Positions 16,764 to 28,257 of a DNA stretch of 38,157 bases are shown piece by piece. The stretch comes from Candidatus Woesearchaeota archaeon (GTDB lineage: Archaea > Nanobdellota > Nanobdellia > SCGC-AAA011-G17 > ARS1178), in assembly GCA_964367025.1 (NCBI GenBank), contig CAYIWE010000001.1:1-38157 (forward strand), read 5' to 3'. A program made the position numbers and the translations under genes. Within the stretch, counting starts at the first letter, position 1, and each line of letters opens with the position of its first letter. A model generated the notes under the pieces. The model was given only the letters and a program-made list of their open reading frames with translations. It made no database searches and had not been told where the DNA came from.

Positions 16764-17219
16764 TTATTCAATTAGTAATTTAGCTTTCTTGGAATCGTAT
16801 TTCCAGTCTTGTGGAAGTTTTCCAGATTCTTTGTGGTGTTTTACAAGCCTATTAATTTTTGATTCTGTTAAAGTTAAGCCCCTTTTACTAGGCTGGTCTT
16901 TTTTATTTGTTTCTAGGTGCTTCATTATTTTTATTTGTTTTTTTATTAAATTAGTAAGATCTTCTGGCAATTTTTTTGAGAGCCCTTTTTCTTTTAGGAT
17001 AATTGTAATTTTTTTCTTTAGTGTTGATTTAACATCTGGAACACCATAGGTGTCTCTTAATATTAACCCTATTTGAGATGAGGTTTTGCCTTCTTTTGCT
17101 AGTTTAGTTATAAAGTGTTCTACTTCTTTATTTGTGTATCTAAGCCAGGTTAATTTTTTTGTGCTTATTGGTTTTGTTGAACCTGATTTTCCTTTTTTTC
17201 TTGAATACATACGTGCCAT
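16764..17219 (-). CDS. rps15: 30S ribosomal protein uS15 (S15P/S13e)
   Basis: MARMYSRKKGKSGSTKP ... SQIGLILRDTYGVPDVK is the typical archaeal S15P/S13e sequence. Confidence 0.92.
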   Translation of the reverse strand: MARMYSRKKGKSGSTKPISTKKLTWLRYTNKEVEHFITKLAKEGKTSSQIGLILRDTYGVPDVKSTLKKKITIILKEKGLSKKLPEDLTNLIKKQIKIMKHLETNKKDQPSKRGLTLTESKINRLVKHHKESGKLPQDWKYDSKKAKLLIE

Positions 17220-17328
17220 TTTTTTAAATTGGGAAACGTAGAAATACGTCTCCGGTATAAGTTAGTCTTTCAACTATCTTATCCTTTGAATTTGAAAATG
17301 AGATTTCTGGTTATTTATAAAGTTTTTG

Positions 17329-17583
17329 TTATTTTACTAAGTATACCCTGTCGTTTGGTCTTACCCTATCAACCACTTTAATCCCTATTTCATCACCCTT
17401 TTTTGCAGACTTAACTTCTTTTCTATTTATCTGCAGGGATGCTATTTTTTGGGTGAAGTCTGTTGTATTGCCTTTTATGCGCACTTGGTCGTTAATTTTC
17501 AAGGCCCCTGTTAATCTTATTGCAGCTACACTTATATTTGTATAATAACTCATTACAGTACCGATTTCTTTTTCTTCTGACAT
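17329..17583 (-). CDS. Small EF-Tu-domain-2-like beta-barrel protein (translation elongation factor-like)
   Basis: 84 aa. The pattern GTVMSYY ... RIKG ... INRKEVKSAKKGDEIGIKV resembles EF-Tu domain 2 stand-alone proteins. Confidence 0.55.
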   Translation of the reverse strand: MSEEKEIGTVMSYYTNISVAAIRLTGALKINDQVRIKGNTTDFTQKIASLQINRKEVKSAKKGDEIGIKVVDRVRPNDRVYLVK

Positions 17584-17677
17584 TTTAATTCATTGTTAGA
17601 TAAGAAGTGGATATATATAAAATTTGTTATGTGAGACAGAAAACTTTTTAAAAGTAGGAATTGTTCTTTTGTAGTAT

Positions 17678-17828
17678 AGCCCCGTAGTGTAGCGGTCAAA
17701 TAATCCTACCTCTTTTTTGAATAGGATAGACAAATCATGGTGCCCTTTGGAGGCATCGACGGAGGTTCGAATATAAGGATTGCATCCTTATCAACCTGCA
17801 ATCTTTTAAGGAAATCCTCCCGGGGCTA
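17678..17828 (+). tRNA. tRNA-Gln(UUG) with two non-canonical introns (D-loop and T-loop)
   Basis: Acceptor stem AGCCCCG/CGGGGCU with discriminator A73. D-arm GUGU-AGCGGUCAAA[intron ~17701-17734]UCAU. Anticodon arm GUGCC-CUUUGGA-GGCAU. T-arm GGAGG-UUCGAA[intron ~17772-17814]U-CCUCC. TATA-like TTTTTAAAA lies about 30 nt upstream. Confidence 0.74.
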
Positions 17829-17910
17829 TTTTTTAATAAAAAGCTTTAAATATTAGGAAATTTTATTATGCAATAAGCTTGGACTAAAAAACAAGAGAGG
17901 TGTTTAGATA

Positions 17911-18339
17911 ATGGCTAAAGCTAAAAAGGTTGAGAAAACAAATAATAAAAATTTAATAACAATAGTTCTTTTGATTGTTGCAGGCATAGTTATTTTAGGT
18001 TATACAAATAACATAGGAAATGTTGCTAAAGGAGATTTGGCAAAACTTACTGTTACCAAAAGCGAGGGTAGTTCTACTGCTACAATAAAGATTGATGCAG
18101 GACATTACGGTGTTCAAAGATTTTATGAAGTTCTTGGTCCTGATAAAAAACTAGCATCTAATGGTAGGAATACACTTTGCAATGCCAATACTCTTTGTAC
18201 GGGTTCTATTAAAAAGAACATTGGAATTCAACAAAGTTGGAGACAAAAACCAGGAATTTATACGGTTAAAGTGTATGATAAAAACAGAGAAAGAGCTGGT
18301 GAAGATCCATATATAACAGCCACTTTTAGGGTTCCATAA
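17911..18339 (+). CDS. Signal-anchored small surface protein, tandem family member 1
   Basis: N-terminus MAKAKKVEKTNNKNLITIVLLIVAGIVILGYTN. Ectodomain motifs GHYG, C-x5-C and KPGIYTVKVYDKNRERAG ... FRV. Confidence 0.75.
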   Translation: MAKAKKVEKTNNKNLITIVLLIVAGIVILGYTNNIGNVAKGDLAKLTVTKSEGSSTATIKIDAGHYGVQRFYEVLGPDKKLASNGRNTLCNANTLCTGSIKKNIGIQQSWRQKPGIYTVKVYDKNRERAGEDPYITATFRVP

Positions 18340-18433
18340 ACTGTTTTCTTTTTTATTTTTAAATAAAAAGTGTTAAATATTAGAAGAGATTTTTATTAAG
18401 TAAATTATGATAATTAAAAGGGGTGTTTAGATA

Positions 18434-18904
18434 ATGGCTAAAGCTAAAAAGGTTGAGAAAACAAATAATAAAAATTTAATAACAATAGTTCTTTTGATTG
18501 TTGCAGGCATAGTTATTTTAGGTTATACAAATAGTACTGGTTTCGTTGGTAAGGGTGAGGGGATTAAGTTGTCCAGTGTAAAAGTAGTACCTAGGTTTAA
18601 TTGGGATGATGAAATTAATCCGGGTGATTATATTACAATTAAATTTAAACCAGGAACATATGGTTATGAAGGGTATTATGAAATATTTAAAAAAGGAAAT
18701 CCTGACAAAAGAGTAGTTGGTCGTACAAAAATATCTGCTGTTTCTGGATGTAGTATGACTTGTAAAAAAGAATGGGACCAGGGTGTTAAGACAAGTGATT
18801 GGAAACCTGGAATTTACTATGTGAAAGTATATGATAAAAGCAGAGCAAGAAGTGGTGCTGTAGGAGATGAGAGGTATATAAAAGCTGAATTTGAAGTTGT
18901 TTAA
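18434..18904 (+). CDS. Signal-anchored small surface protein, tandem family member 2
   Basis: Same N-terminal 35 aa as the other members. Ectodomain motifs GTYGYEGYYEIFKKG, GCSMTC and WKPGIYYVKVYDKSRARSG ... FEV. Confidence 0.75.
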   Translation: MAKAKKVEKTNNKNLITIVLLIVAGIVILGYTNSTGFVGKGEGIKLSSVKVVPRFNWDDEINPGDYITIKFKPGTYGYEGYYEIFKKGNPDKRVVGRTKISAVSGCSMTCKKEWDQGVKTSDWKPGIYYVKVYDKSRARSGAVGDERYIKAEFEVV

Positions 18905-18991
18905 TATTTTTTATTTCTAAATAAAAAGTGTTAAATATTAGAAGAGATTTTTATTAAGTAAATTATGATAATTAAAAGGGGTGTTTAGATA

Positions 18992-19489
18992 ATGGCTAAA
19001 GCTAAAAAGGTTGAGAAAACAAATAATAAAAATTTATTAACAATAGTTCTTTTGATTGTTGCAGGCATAGTTATTTTAGGTTATACAAATAGTACTGGAC
19101 GTAGTGTTAGTAATCAGTATTCTAGTGTAAAAATAAGTCCAAATACAATTTATGAGGGCGAGGTATTTAAAATATTATTAGAATCGGGTAAATACGGTTA
19201 TGATGATGATTTTGAGATATATAAAGTTGATTATACAACAAATTCACGTGGTGAAAAAGTTAGGAGTGATAACTTTTTGATTAGACAAAAAATAAGCGGG
19301 TGTAGTGGTGTTTGTAAAAAAGATGTAGTATTTAATTATAAGTCAATGATAAGTTGGAAAGGTACAGAAGAGGGAGCAGAGTATTATATAAAAGTATATG
19401 ACAAAAGCAGAGAGAGAGCAGGAAAAACTGGTGAAGATAGATATATGAAATATTCGTTTTTTATTAAGACAAAAGAGCCTACTCTTTAA
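18992..19489 (+). CDS. Signal-anchored small surface protein, tandem family member 3
   Basis: Same N-terminal cassette. Ectodomain motifs GKYGYDDDFEIYKVD, GCSGVC and YYIKVYDKSRERAG. Confidence 0.75.
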   Translation: MAKAKKVEKTNNKNLLTIVLLIVAGIVILGYTNSTGRSVSNQYSSVKISPNTIYEGEVFKILLESGKYGYDDDFEIYKVDYTTNSRGEKVRSDNFLIRQKISGCSGVCKKDVVFNYKSMISWKGTEEGAEYYIKVYDKSRERAGKTGEDRYMKYSFFIKTKEPTL

Positions 19490-19580
19490 GTTTTCTTTTT
19501 TATTTTTAAATAAAAAGCTTTAAATATTAGGAAATTTTATGATGGTTAATAGTCTTAAAAAAAGAATAAGAGGTGTTTAG

Positions 19581-20012
19581 ATGATGGCTAAAGCTAAAAA
19601 GGTTGAGAAAACAAATAATAAAAATTTGATAACCATAGTTCTTTTGATTGTTGCAGGTATAGTTATTTTGAGTTATACCAATAGTACTGGTTTCGTGAGT
19701 AAAGAAGGAAAAACAAAAATAATGGTTTCAGCAGCAAATCCCCCAGAGATTAATGCTGGAGAAGAAATATATATAACTATTGAACCGGGTGTTAAAGGTT
19801 ATGATGGTAATACTTTAGACCTCTATCAAAAAGGAACTTTAGGAAAGAAGACCATAGCAGCTGAAGTGAAGGTACAGTACTGTGGTTCTACGTGTAAAGA
19901 AAAAAGAACTTTAAAATATAGAACTTCAACTAGTTGGAGTGGTACATATTATGCAAGTGTAAAGGACTTAAGTACTAAGAAGGTAGTAGAAACTAGTTTT
20001 AGAGTCTTATAA
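19581..20012 (+). CDS. Signal-anchored small surface protein, tandem family member 4
   Basis: Same N-terminal cassette with an ATGATG start. Ectodomain motifs GVKGYDGN, YCGSTC and YYASVKD ... FRV. Confidence 0.75.
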   Translation: MMAKAKKVEKTNNKNLITIVLLIVAGIVILSYTNSTGFVSKEGKTKIMVSAANPPEINAGEEIYITIEPGVKGYDGNTLDLYQKGTLGKKTIAAEVKVQYCGSTCKEKRTLKYRTSTSWSGTYYASVKDLSTKKVVETSFRVL

Positions 20013-20133
20013 TTAAGTAATTCTTTTTTATTATATTTTTTAATTTATCTTGTTTTTTTAACAAAAAGCTTTAAATATTAGAAGAAATTTATTGAGTTAG
20101 TTAATGATTTAATAAAATAGACGAGGTGTTTAG

Positions 20134-20607
20134 ATGATGGTTAAAGCTAAAAAGGTTGAGAAAACAAATAATAAAAATTTATTAACAATAGTTCTTTTGA
20201 TTGTTGCAGGCATAGTTATTTTGAGTTACACTAATAGTACTGGTTTCGTTACTAAAAGTACGAGAGGAGTAACAACAGTAGAAGTCAGTCCAACAGATGT
20301 AGGAAGTGGTGATATTCTTCTTGTGGGTGTTAAGGCTGGTGCAAAGGGTTATAGTAACCCATTAGAAATTTGGAAAGTTGATTATGCTGATATTAATGAT
20401 GATGGTATTTATAGTGAAAGTGAAAGAAGAGATAATAAAGTAGTCGATATAAAAACTGCATATTGTGGACCTATTTGTACTAAAGATGCAAGTGGAAGAA
20501 GTATAATAAAATATAAAGTAACTACATTGAAAAAAGGAGAATATTACGTAAAAACCACTGATATTGGCACAGGTAATAAAATAAAAGTTTACTTTGATGT
20601 TGTTTAA
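20134..20607 (+). CDS. Signal-anchored small surface protein, tandem family member 5
   Basis: Same N-terminal cassette (MMVKAKKVEK...). Ectodomain motifs GAKGYSNPLEIWKVD, YCGPIC and EYYVKTTD ... FDV. Confidence 0.75.
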   Translation: MMVKAKKVEKTNNKNLLTIVLLIVAGIVILSYTNSTGFVTKSTRGVTTVEVSPTDVGSGDILLVGVKAGAKGYSNPLEIWKVDYADINDDGIYSESERRDNKVVDIKTAYCGPICTKDASGRSIIKYKVTTLKKGEYYVKTTDIGTGNKIKVYFDVV

Positions 20608-21275
20608 TTTTTTCTTTTATATCTTCCTCTTTTTTCTACTTGTTTTAATCTGTTAACAACTTCTTGGTATTGTTTTGGTATTGATTTGTAACCATTTAGA
20701 ATGTAATTAAATGAGGTGTTTGATACAGCGTAATGCTTGCTTTCTAGAGCTTGTTTTAATAGTTTTAGGTCTACTGCTTTATCTTCTGTTTTGAGTGAAA
20801 TAAAGCTTAAACCAAAGTCTATAAAGTATAATTTTTGGTCTTTTAAAATCATATTAGATGTTGTTAAATCATTATGGATTATATTATTAAAGTGGAGTAT
20901 GGCTATTTGTTTGCCCATTTGTTTACATATTTCATTTCTTTTTTTTATAGTTAAATCATTAAAAATATTTTTTAATAGTTGACCTTTTAGGAACTCCATT
21001 TGAATCTTATTTTCTTTGTCAGAATGAGATAAGAGTTCTGGAACAGGGATTAATTTAGAGGCTTTTTCTAGAATACGTGTTTCTCTTCTTGTATTAGATT
21101 TTCTTATTTTTTCATCTAATTCCTTGATTCTGTAAGACTTTTTTATTCTATCTTTAGTTATTACTCCTTTTTCTAGATAGAGTATAGATTCTGCTCCCTG
21201 AGCTAAAATTTTTGACATATAAAAGATAAGAAAAGAAGGTTTATAATGGTTTTTGTGTTTTTTGAATTCAAGCAA
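20604..21275 (-). CDS. bud32: Bud32/PRPK-type Kae1-associated atypical kinase (KEOPS subunit)
   Basis: Motifs GAESILY, RRETRILEKA, IIHNDLTTSNMIL and FIDFGLS. The true start may be the internal Met at about 21218 (MSKILAQGAES). Confidence 0.8.
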   Translation of the reverse strand: MLEFKKHKNHYKPSFLIFYMSKILAQGAESILYLEKGVITKDRIKKSYRIKELDEKIRKSNTRRETRILEKASKLIPVPELLSHSDKENKIQMEFLKGQLLKNIFNDLTIKKRNEICKQMGKQIAILHFNNIIHNDLTTSNMILKDQKLYFIDFGLSFISLKTEDKAVDLKLLKQALESKHYAVSNTSFNYILNGYKSIPKQYQEVVNRLKQVEKRGRYKRKN

Positions 21276-21370
21276 TAGAAGGCCTGTAGTGCCAGAATTC
21301 TTGAGTTTTGGGGATAGAAAGGTTTATAAATAAGGGAGTGTTATTTATGATAGAAAAATACTCTTTTTAG

Positions 21371-23317
<1,947 letters not shown>

Positions 23318-23348
23318 GAACCTTTCTTAAAAAAAAGTTCACGAAAGA
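23318..23348 (+). promoter_or_regulatory. Conserved intergenic element, copy B (GAACCTTTCTTAAAAAAAAGTTCACGAAAGA)
   Basis: It starts 1 nt after the gyrB stop and ends 7 nt before the gyrA ATG. It matches copy A at 82-114 apart from the A/T-rich centre. Confidence 0.45.
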
Positions 23349-23355
23349 AGAAAAA

Positions 23356-25761
23356 ATGCCAGAAGAGATTCAACAAAAACTGATTGAAGAGGAAATGAAA
23401 GAGAGTTATCTAGATTATGCTATGTCTGTTATTGTTGGAAGAGCTTTACCTGATGTTAGGGATGGTTTAAAACCTGTTCATAGAAGAATTTTGTATTCTA
23501 TGCATAATATGGGTTTACAATATGATAAACCCTTTGCAAAATCCGCAAGAATTGTCGGTGATTGTTTTAAGTACCATCCACATGGTGATGCTGCTATTTA
23601 TGACACTTTAGTAAGAATGGCTCAAGATTTTTCTTTGAGATATCCTTTAGTAAAAGGACATGGTAATTTTGGTTCTATAGAGGGGTTTAAAGCTGCACAC
23701 ATGAGGTATACTGAGAGTAAATTAGCTAAAATATCTGAAGAAATGTTGAAAGATATTGAAAAAGAAACTGTTAAATTTGTTGATAACTTTGATAATAGTT
23801 TAAAAGAGCCCTCTGTTTTGCCTTCTAATTTTCCTAACTTGTTGGTTAATGGTTCTAGTGGTATAGCTGTTGGAATGGCAACAAATATTCCACCACACAA
23901 TATAAAAGAAATTGTTGATGGAATAATCAAAGTTATTGAAAATCCCAAAATAGAATTGAATGAGTTAATGAGGTTTGTTAATGGTCCTGATTTTCCAACT
24001 GGAGGAATTATAATTGGTAAAAATGGTATAAAAAGTTCTTATTTTGATGGTAGGGGCAAAATCTTATTGAGAGGTAAAACTGAAGTAGAAGAGAAAAAAG
24101 GTAGAAAAAGTATTATTATAAAAGAAATCCCTTATATGGTTAACAAGAGTAATTTAATAGAAAGTATTGCTAATTTAGTTAGAGATAAAGTTGTAGATGG
24201 CATAAGTGATATAAGAGATGAGAGTGACAGGGATGGTATCAGGGTTGTAATAGAATTAAAAAAAGATTTTGATGAAAATGTTATTCTAAATCAATTGTAT
24301 AAGAGTACACAATTGCAAACTACTTTTGGTGTTATTAATTTAGCCTTAGTTGATAATGAGCCTAAAGTTTTGAGTTTAAAAGAATTAATTAATTACTTTA
24401 TTTTACATAGAAAAGATATAATTGTAAAAAGAAGTAAATTTGATTTAGAAAAAGCTAGAAAAAGAGTTCATATTTTAGATGGTTTGAAGATAGCTTTAAA
24501 GAATATTGATTTGGGTGTTAAACTCATTAAAAATTCTAAGAATGTTGAAGAGGCACAGAAATCTTTAATTAAAGAATTTAATTTAAGTGGTGTTCAAGCA
24601 AAGGCAATTTTAGAAATGAGATTGCAAAGATTAACTTCTTTAGAACAAAATAAATTAGAAAATGAGTATAAAGAATTGTTGAAGTTAATTAGTGAATTAG
24701 AAATTATTTTAGCTTCTGAAGAGAGAATTTTAGGAATAATTAAGGAAGAGTGTTTAGAGTTAAAAGAAAAATATGGGGATGAAAGAAGAACAGAAATTAT
24801 TGATAGTGAGGATGATTTTGAAATAGAGGATTTAATTCAAGAAGAGGGTGTTATAGTTACTATGACAAATAAGGGTTATGTTAAGAGAGTTCCTATTTAC
24901 ACGTATAAAGAACAGAAAAGGGGCGGAAAAGGAGTGATTGCTACTGGCACCAAGGAAGAGGATTTTGTTAAAGAATTGTTTATTACAAATACTCGCGATA
25001 GTATTCTATTTTTTACTGATAAAGGAAAAGTGCATTGGTTAAAGGGTTATGAAATACCAAGTGGAAGCAGATATGGAAGTGGGAAAGCTATTGTTAATTT
25101 ATTAAATTTAAAAGGTGAGAGTGTTACAACAATGATTCCTGTTAAAGATTTTAGTGAAGAAAAATATTTAGTTATGGTTACTGGGAGAGGTTTTGTGAAA
25201 AGAATTGAATTAGATGCTTTTAGTAAACCGAGAAAGGGGGGAATTTTAGGTATTAAATTAGTTGAGGATAAATTGGTTGATGTAAAATTAACAAGTGGTA
25301 GTGATGAATTGATAATTGGAACTAAAAAAGGGTCTGCTATAAGGTTTAATGAGAAGGATGTAAGAGTAATTGGCAGAAGTGGAAGAGGAGTTAGAGGTAT
25401 AAGAATTAGTAAAGAGGATACTGTAAAGGGTATTGAAATTTGTGAGAATGATTTGTTGACTGTTACTGAGAACGGTTATGGAAAAAGAAGCAAGGTTGAG
25501 GAGTATAGGTTGATAAAAAGAGGTGGGAAGGGAGTGAAGAATATTAAAACTAGTGAAAGAAATGGAAGAGTTGTTGGTATAAAATCAGTTAAAGAAGATG
25601 ATGAGATTATGGTTATTACTAAAAAAGGCAAATTGATAAGAAGCAGTGTTAAAGGAATTTCTTTAGTTGGTAGAAATACACAAGGTGTTAGGATAATGAA
25701 ATTAGATGATGGTGATAAAGTTATTGCCTTGACAAAAGTTGTTGGGGAGAATGGTGATTAA
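23356..25761 (+). CDS. gyrA: DNA gyrase subunit A
   Basis: Motifs [34 protein letters not shown], the active-site region AHMRYTES, and C-terminal beta-pinwheel repeats with the GyrA-box-like QKRGGKG. Confidence 0.95.
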   Translation: MPEEIQQKLIEEEMKESYLDYAMSVIVGRALPDVRDGLKPVHRRILYSMHNMGLQYDKPFAKSARIVGDCFKYHPHGDAAIYDTLVRMAQDFSLRYPLVKGHGNFGSIEGFKAAHMRYTESKLAKISEEMLKDIEKETVKFVDNFDNSLKEPSVLPSNFPNLLVNGSSGIAVGMATNIPPHNIKEIVDGIIKVIENPKIELNELMRFVNGPDFPTGGIIIGKNGIKSSYFDGRGKILLRGKTEVEEKKGRKSIIIKEIPYMVNKSNLIESIANLVRDKVVDGISDIRDESDRDGIRVVIELKKDFDENVILNQLYKSTQLQTTFGVINLALVDNEPKVLSLKELINYFILHRKDIIVKRSKFDLEKARKRVHILDGLKIALKNIDLGVKLIKNSKNVEEAQKSLIKEFNLSGVQAKAILEMRLQRLTSLEQNKLENEYKELLKLISELEIILASEERILGIIKEECLELKEKYGDERRTEIIDSEDDFEIEDLIQEEGVIVTMTNKGYVKRVPIYTYKEQKRGGKGVIATGTKEEDFVKELFITNTRDSILFFTDKGKVHWLKGYEIPSGSRYGSGKAIVNLLNLKGESVTTMIPVKDFSEEKYLVMVTGRGFVKRIELDAFSKPRKGGILGIKLVEDKLVDVKLTSGSDELIIGTKKGSAIRFNEKDVRVIGRSGRGVRGIRISKEDTVKGIEICENDLLTVTENGYGKRSKVEEYRLIKRGGKGVKNIKTSERNGRVVGIKSVKEDDEIMVITKKGKLIRSSVKGISLVGRNTQGVRIMKLDDGDKVIALTKVVGENGD

Positions 25762-27104
25762 CCCATCGGTATCTTCCCTTTAAACTTTTTTAATAGTTTT
25801 GTTGGATCCTGTTCTGCGCCTTTCATTAACTTCATCATTTTTTTACTTTGTTTGTACTGTTTTAATAATTCCCTTACTTCCCTTGATGTTGTTCCTGAAC
25901 CTTTTGCAATTCTTTCTATTCGTGAAGAGCTAATTATTTCTGGATCTTCTAATTCTTTTTTAGTCATTGATTGAAGAATGAATTTCCATTTTTTTAATTT
26001 TGATTCTTGAACTTGCAGTAATTCCTGTGGCAGTTTTATTTTACCAAAACCGGGGATCATTTCAACAAGTTTATTTAGGGGGCCCATTTTTGACATTGCT
26101 TCCATTTGTTCATACAGATCAATTAAACTAAATTCGCCCTTTATGAATTTTTTACCAAGGTCTTTTGCCTGTTCTTGATCAAATGCTTCTTCTGCTTTTT
26201 CCAATAAAGTTTGCAAGTCACCCATACCTAAAAGCCTAGAAACAAATCTTTCTGGATAGAATTTTTCTAAATTATCTACTTTTTCGCCAACACCCAAGAA
26301 ACTTATTTTTGCTTTTGTTGATGCTGCTGCTGTTAAAGCACCACCTGCTTTTGCTGTTCCATCCATCTTCGTTACAATTATAGAAGTAATATCACAACTT
26401 TTATGGAATTGTTCTGCCTGAGCTTGTGCTACTTGTCCTATGTCTGCAGAGATAACTAAAATTTTTTCATCCGGGTTTATTTCTTTTGTTAAAAGTTCAA
26501 TTTCATCTATCAAATCTTTTGATAATGCATCTCTTCCTGCTGTGTCTATTAACAAAATATCATATTTATCAAATTCTTTTTTAAAAGTATTATATATTTT
26601 TAGTGGGTCTTTTTCTTTGCTTATATAACAAGAAATATTTAATTTATCACACAATTGTTTTAATTGCTGTGGTGCTGCTGGTCTATGGATATCTAATCCT
26701 AAAGCTGCAATTTTATAGCCTCTTTTTTGAAAGTATTTTGCAACTTTTGCTATTGTTGTTGTCTTACCAGAACCAAAAAGCCCCAAAAACATTATTTTGA
26801 ATGGTTTTTTCTTTTCTATTTTTAGATCGTAATCTTTTTCTCCTAGAAATTTAACTAATTCCTCGTAAACTATGCGTATTAGATGTTCTTTTTTTGAGAG
26901 TGATTTTGGTGTTTTTTCTTTTAATGCTCTTTCTTTTATGTCTTTAGAGAGTTGAAAAACCAATTGTACATTAACATCTGCACTTAATAAGGCTCTTTGA
27001 ATATCTTTGATTAATTCATCGATTAATCGTTCGTCTACAAAAATAGACTTGGCTATCTTGGATAAAGTGTCTCTTAATGATGTTGAAAGTTTTTCTAGTA
27101 CCAT
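25758..27104 (-). CDS. srp54: Signal recognition particle protein SRP54
   Basis: N/G domain motifs [15 protein letters not shown] and TKMDG, plus a Met-rich M domain ([17 protein letters not shown]). Confidence 0.95.
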   Translation of the reverse strand: MVLEKLSTSLRDTLSKIAKSIFVDERLIDELIKDIQRALLSADVNVQLVFQLSKDIKERALKEKTPKSLSKKEHLIRIVYEELVKFLGEKDYDLKIEKKKPFKIMFLGLFGSGKTTTIAKVAKYFQKRGYKIAALGLDIHRPAAPQQLKQLCDKLNISCYISKEKDPLKIYNTFKKEFDKYDILLIDTAGRDALSKDLIDEIELLTKEINPDEKILVISADIGQVAQAQAEQFHKSCDITSIIVTKMDGTAKAGGALTAAASTKAKISFLGVGEKVDNLEKFYPERFVSRLLGMGDLQTLLEKAEEAFDQEQAKDLGKKFIKGEFSLIDLYEQMEAMSKMGPLNKLVEMIPGFGKIKLPQELLQVQESKLKKWKFILQSMTKKELEDPEIISSSRIERIAKGSGTTSREVRELLKQYKQSKKMMKLMKGAEQDPTKLLKKFKGKIPMG

Positions 27105-27105
27105 T

Positions 27106-28257
27106 TTAATCCAATATACTGTTTATTAAATTATTTTGATTAAAGGATTCTAAGTCTTCATAATTTTGTCCTGTACCTAAATAGATTATTGGTTTTTTTG
27201 TTATATACGAAATGGAAATTGCTGCTCCTCCTTTTTCATCAATATCGGCTTTTGATAAGATAATGGCATCAAAATCTATGGCTTCGTTAAATTCTTTTGC
27301 TTGCTCAATACAATCATTTCCTGTAATGCTTTCACCTATGAAGATTTTTAAATTCGGTTTTGTAACCCGTATTATTTTTTTCATTTCGTCTTTTAAGTTA
27401 ATATTTGAGTGCATTCTCCCTGCTGTGTCTATTAAAACAACATCTATGTTTTTAGATTTTGCGTGTTTTATTGCATCAAATGCAACTGCTGCTGGATCAG
27501 AACCGTAATCGTGTTTTATAACTTTTATATTCAAATTATTTCCGTGTTCTTCTAATTGTTCAATAGATGCTGCTCTAAAAGTATCTGATGCTGATATTAC
27601 TGATTTTATATTGTTCTTTTTTAGTAAATTTGCAATCTTTGCTATTGTTGTTGTTTTACCAGAACCATTAATACCAACAAAACATATTACAAATGGTTTT
27701 TCTGAATCTTTTATTGTATTTATTAAATTTATTTTTTTTACAGGAAATAACTCCTCTAAACTTTCTTTTAGTGTTTCTTTGATTGCTAAATCAATATTTT
27801 TTCTTAGAATTGGTTTTTCCACTAATTGTTCCTTTAAATCTTTTTTAATTTTATCAATTACTTCTAAAGCAACATTATTTTCTAAAAGTGCTATTTCTAA
27901 ATCTTCGAAAATAGAATCAAATTGTTTTTCTGGGAGTTTTTTTGTTATAACTTTTTCGGTTATTCTTTTGATAAAACTCTTTTTTTCTGGTTCAGCTTCT
28001 TCTTCTGATTTAATTGGTTCTAATACTTCTTTTATTTTTTCATCAATCTTTTGTTTATCTTCTATTTCTTTTGTTAATTGTTCAAAAGGTTTGATTAGTT
28101 TCTTAGATTTATCTCGTTTTATTTTTTTTGGTTTAGTTTCTATTGGTTTAGTCTCTTCCAGCTTAACTTCTGTACTTACTTCTTCAGATTTAGATTCAAC
28201 TTCCTTAGAAAACCTACTTAAAGTTTTTTGCAGTTTTTCTTTTAAAAATTTAAACAT
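27106..28257 (-). CDS. ftsY: SRP receptor FtsY
   Basis: Acidic and basic N-terminal region followed by an NG domain with GINGSGKTTT, DTAGR and LSKADID. Confidence 0.92.
   Translation of the reverse strand: MFKFLKEKLQKTLSRFSKEVESKSEEVSTEVKLEETKPIETKPKKIKRDKSKKLIKPFEQLTKEIEDKQKIDEKIKEVLEPIKSEEEAEPEKKSFIKRITEKVITKKLPEKQFDSIFEDLEIALLENNVALEVIDKIKKDLKEQLVEKPILRKNIDLAIKETLKESLEELFPVKKINLINTIKDSEKPFVICFVGINGSGKTTTIAKIANLLKKNNIKSVISASDTFRAASIEQLEEHGNNLNIKVIKHDYGSDPAAVAFDAIKHAKSKNIDVVLIDTAGRMHSNINLKDEMKKIIRVTKPNLKIFIGESITGNDCIEQAKEFNEAIDFDAIILSKADIDEKGGAAISISYITKKPIIYLGTGQNYEDLESFNQNNLINSILD

Larger units (their letters stand above)
17837..20251 (+). repeat. Five-fold tandem repeat of a promoter, 5'UTR and first ~35 codons cassette (about 175-190 nt each)
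   Basis: Cassettes lie at about 17837-18010, 18366-18545, 18924-19099, 19513-19698 and 20064-20251. Each carries TATA core AAAAGCTTTAAATATT or AAAAGTGTTAAATATT, SD GAGGTG/GGGGTG, and ATGGCTAAAGCTAAAAAGGTTGAGAAAACAAATAATAAAAATTT...GTTGCAGGCATAGTTATTTT. Oligo-T tracts follow each gene. Copies 2 and 3 are identical over the 73 nt before the ATG. Confidence 0.85.

Noticed and set aside
17911-18015. Class III (type IV pilin-like) signal peptide in the paralog family
   Set aside because: The charged N-terminus is long (about 14 aa). There is no [KR]-[GA] cleavage motif before the hydrophobic stretch (the sequence is KNL-ITIV). A signal anchor is the simpler reading.
17911-20607. Diversity-generating retroelement (DGR) target array
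   Set aside because: No reverse transcriptase, no template-repeat/variable-repeat pair and no adenine-specific mismatch pattern is visible in the window. Divergence spans the whole ectodomain rather than a short C-terminal variable region.
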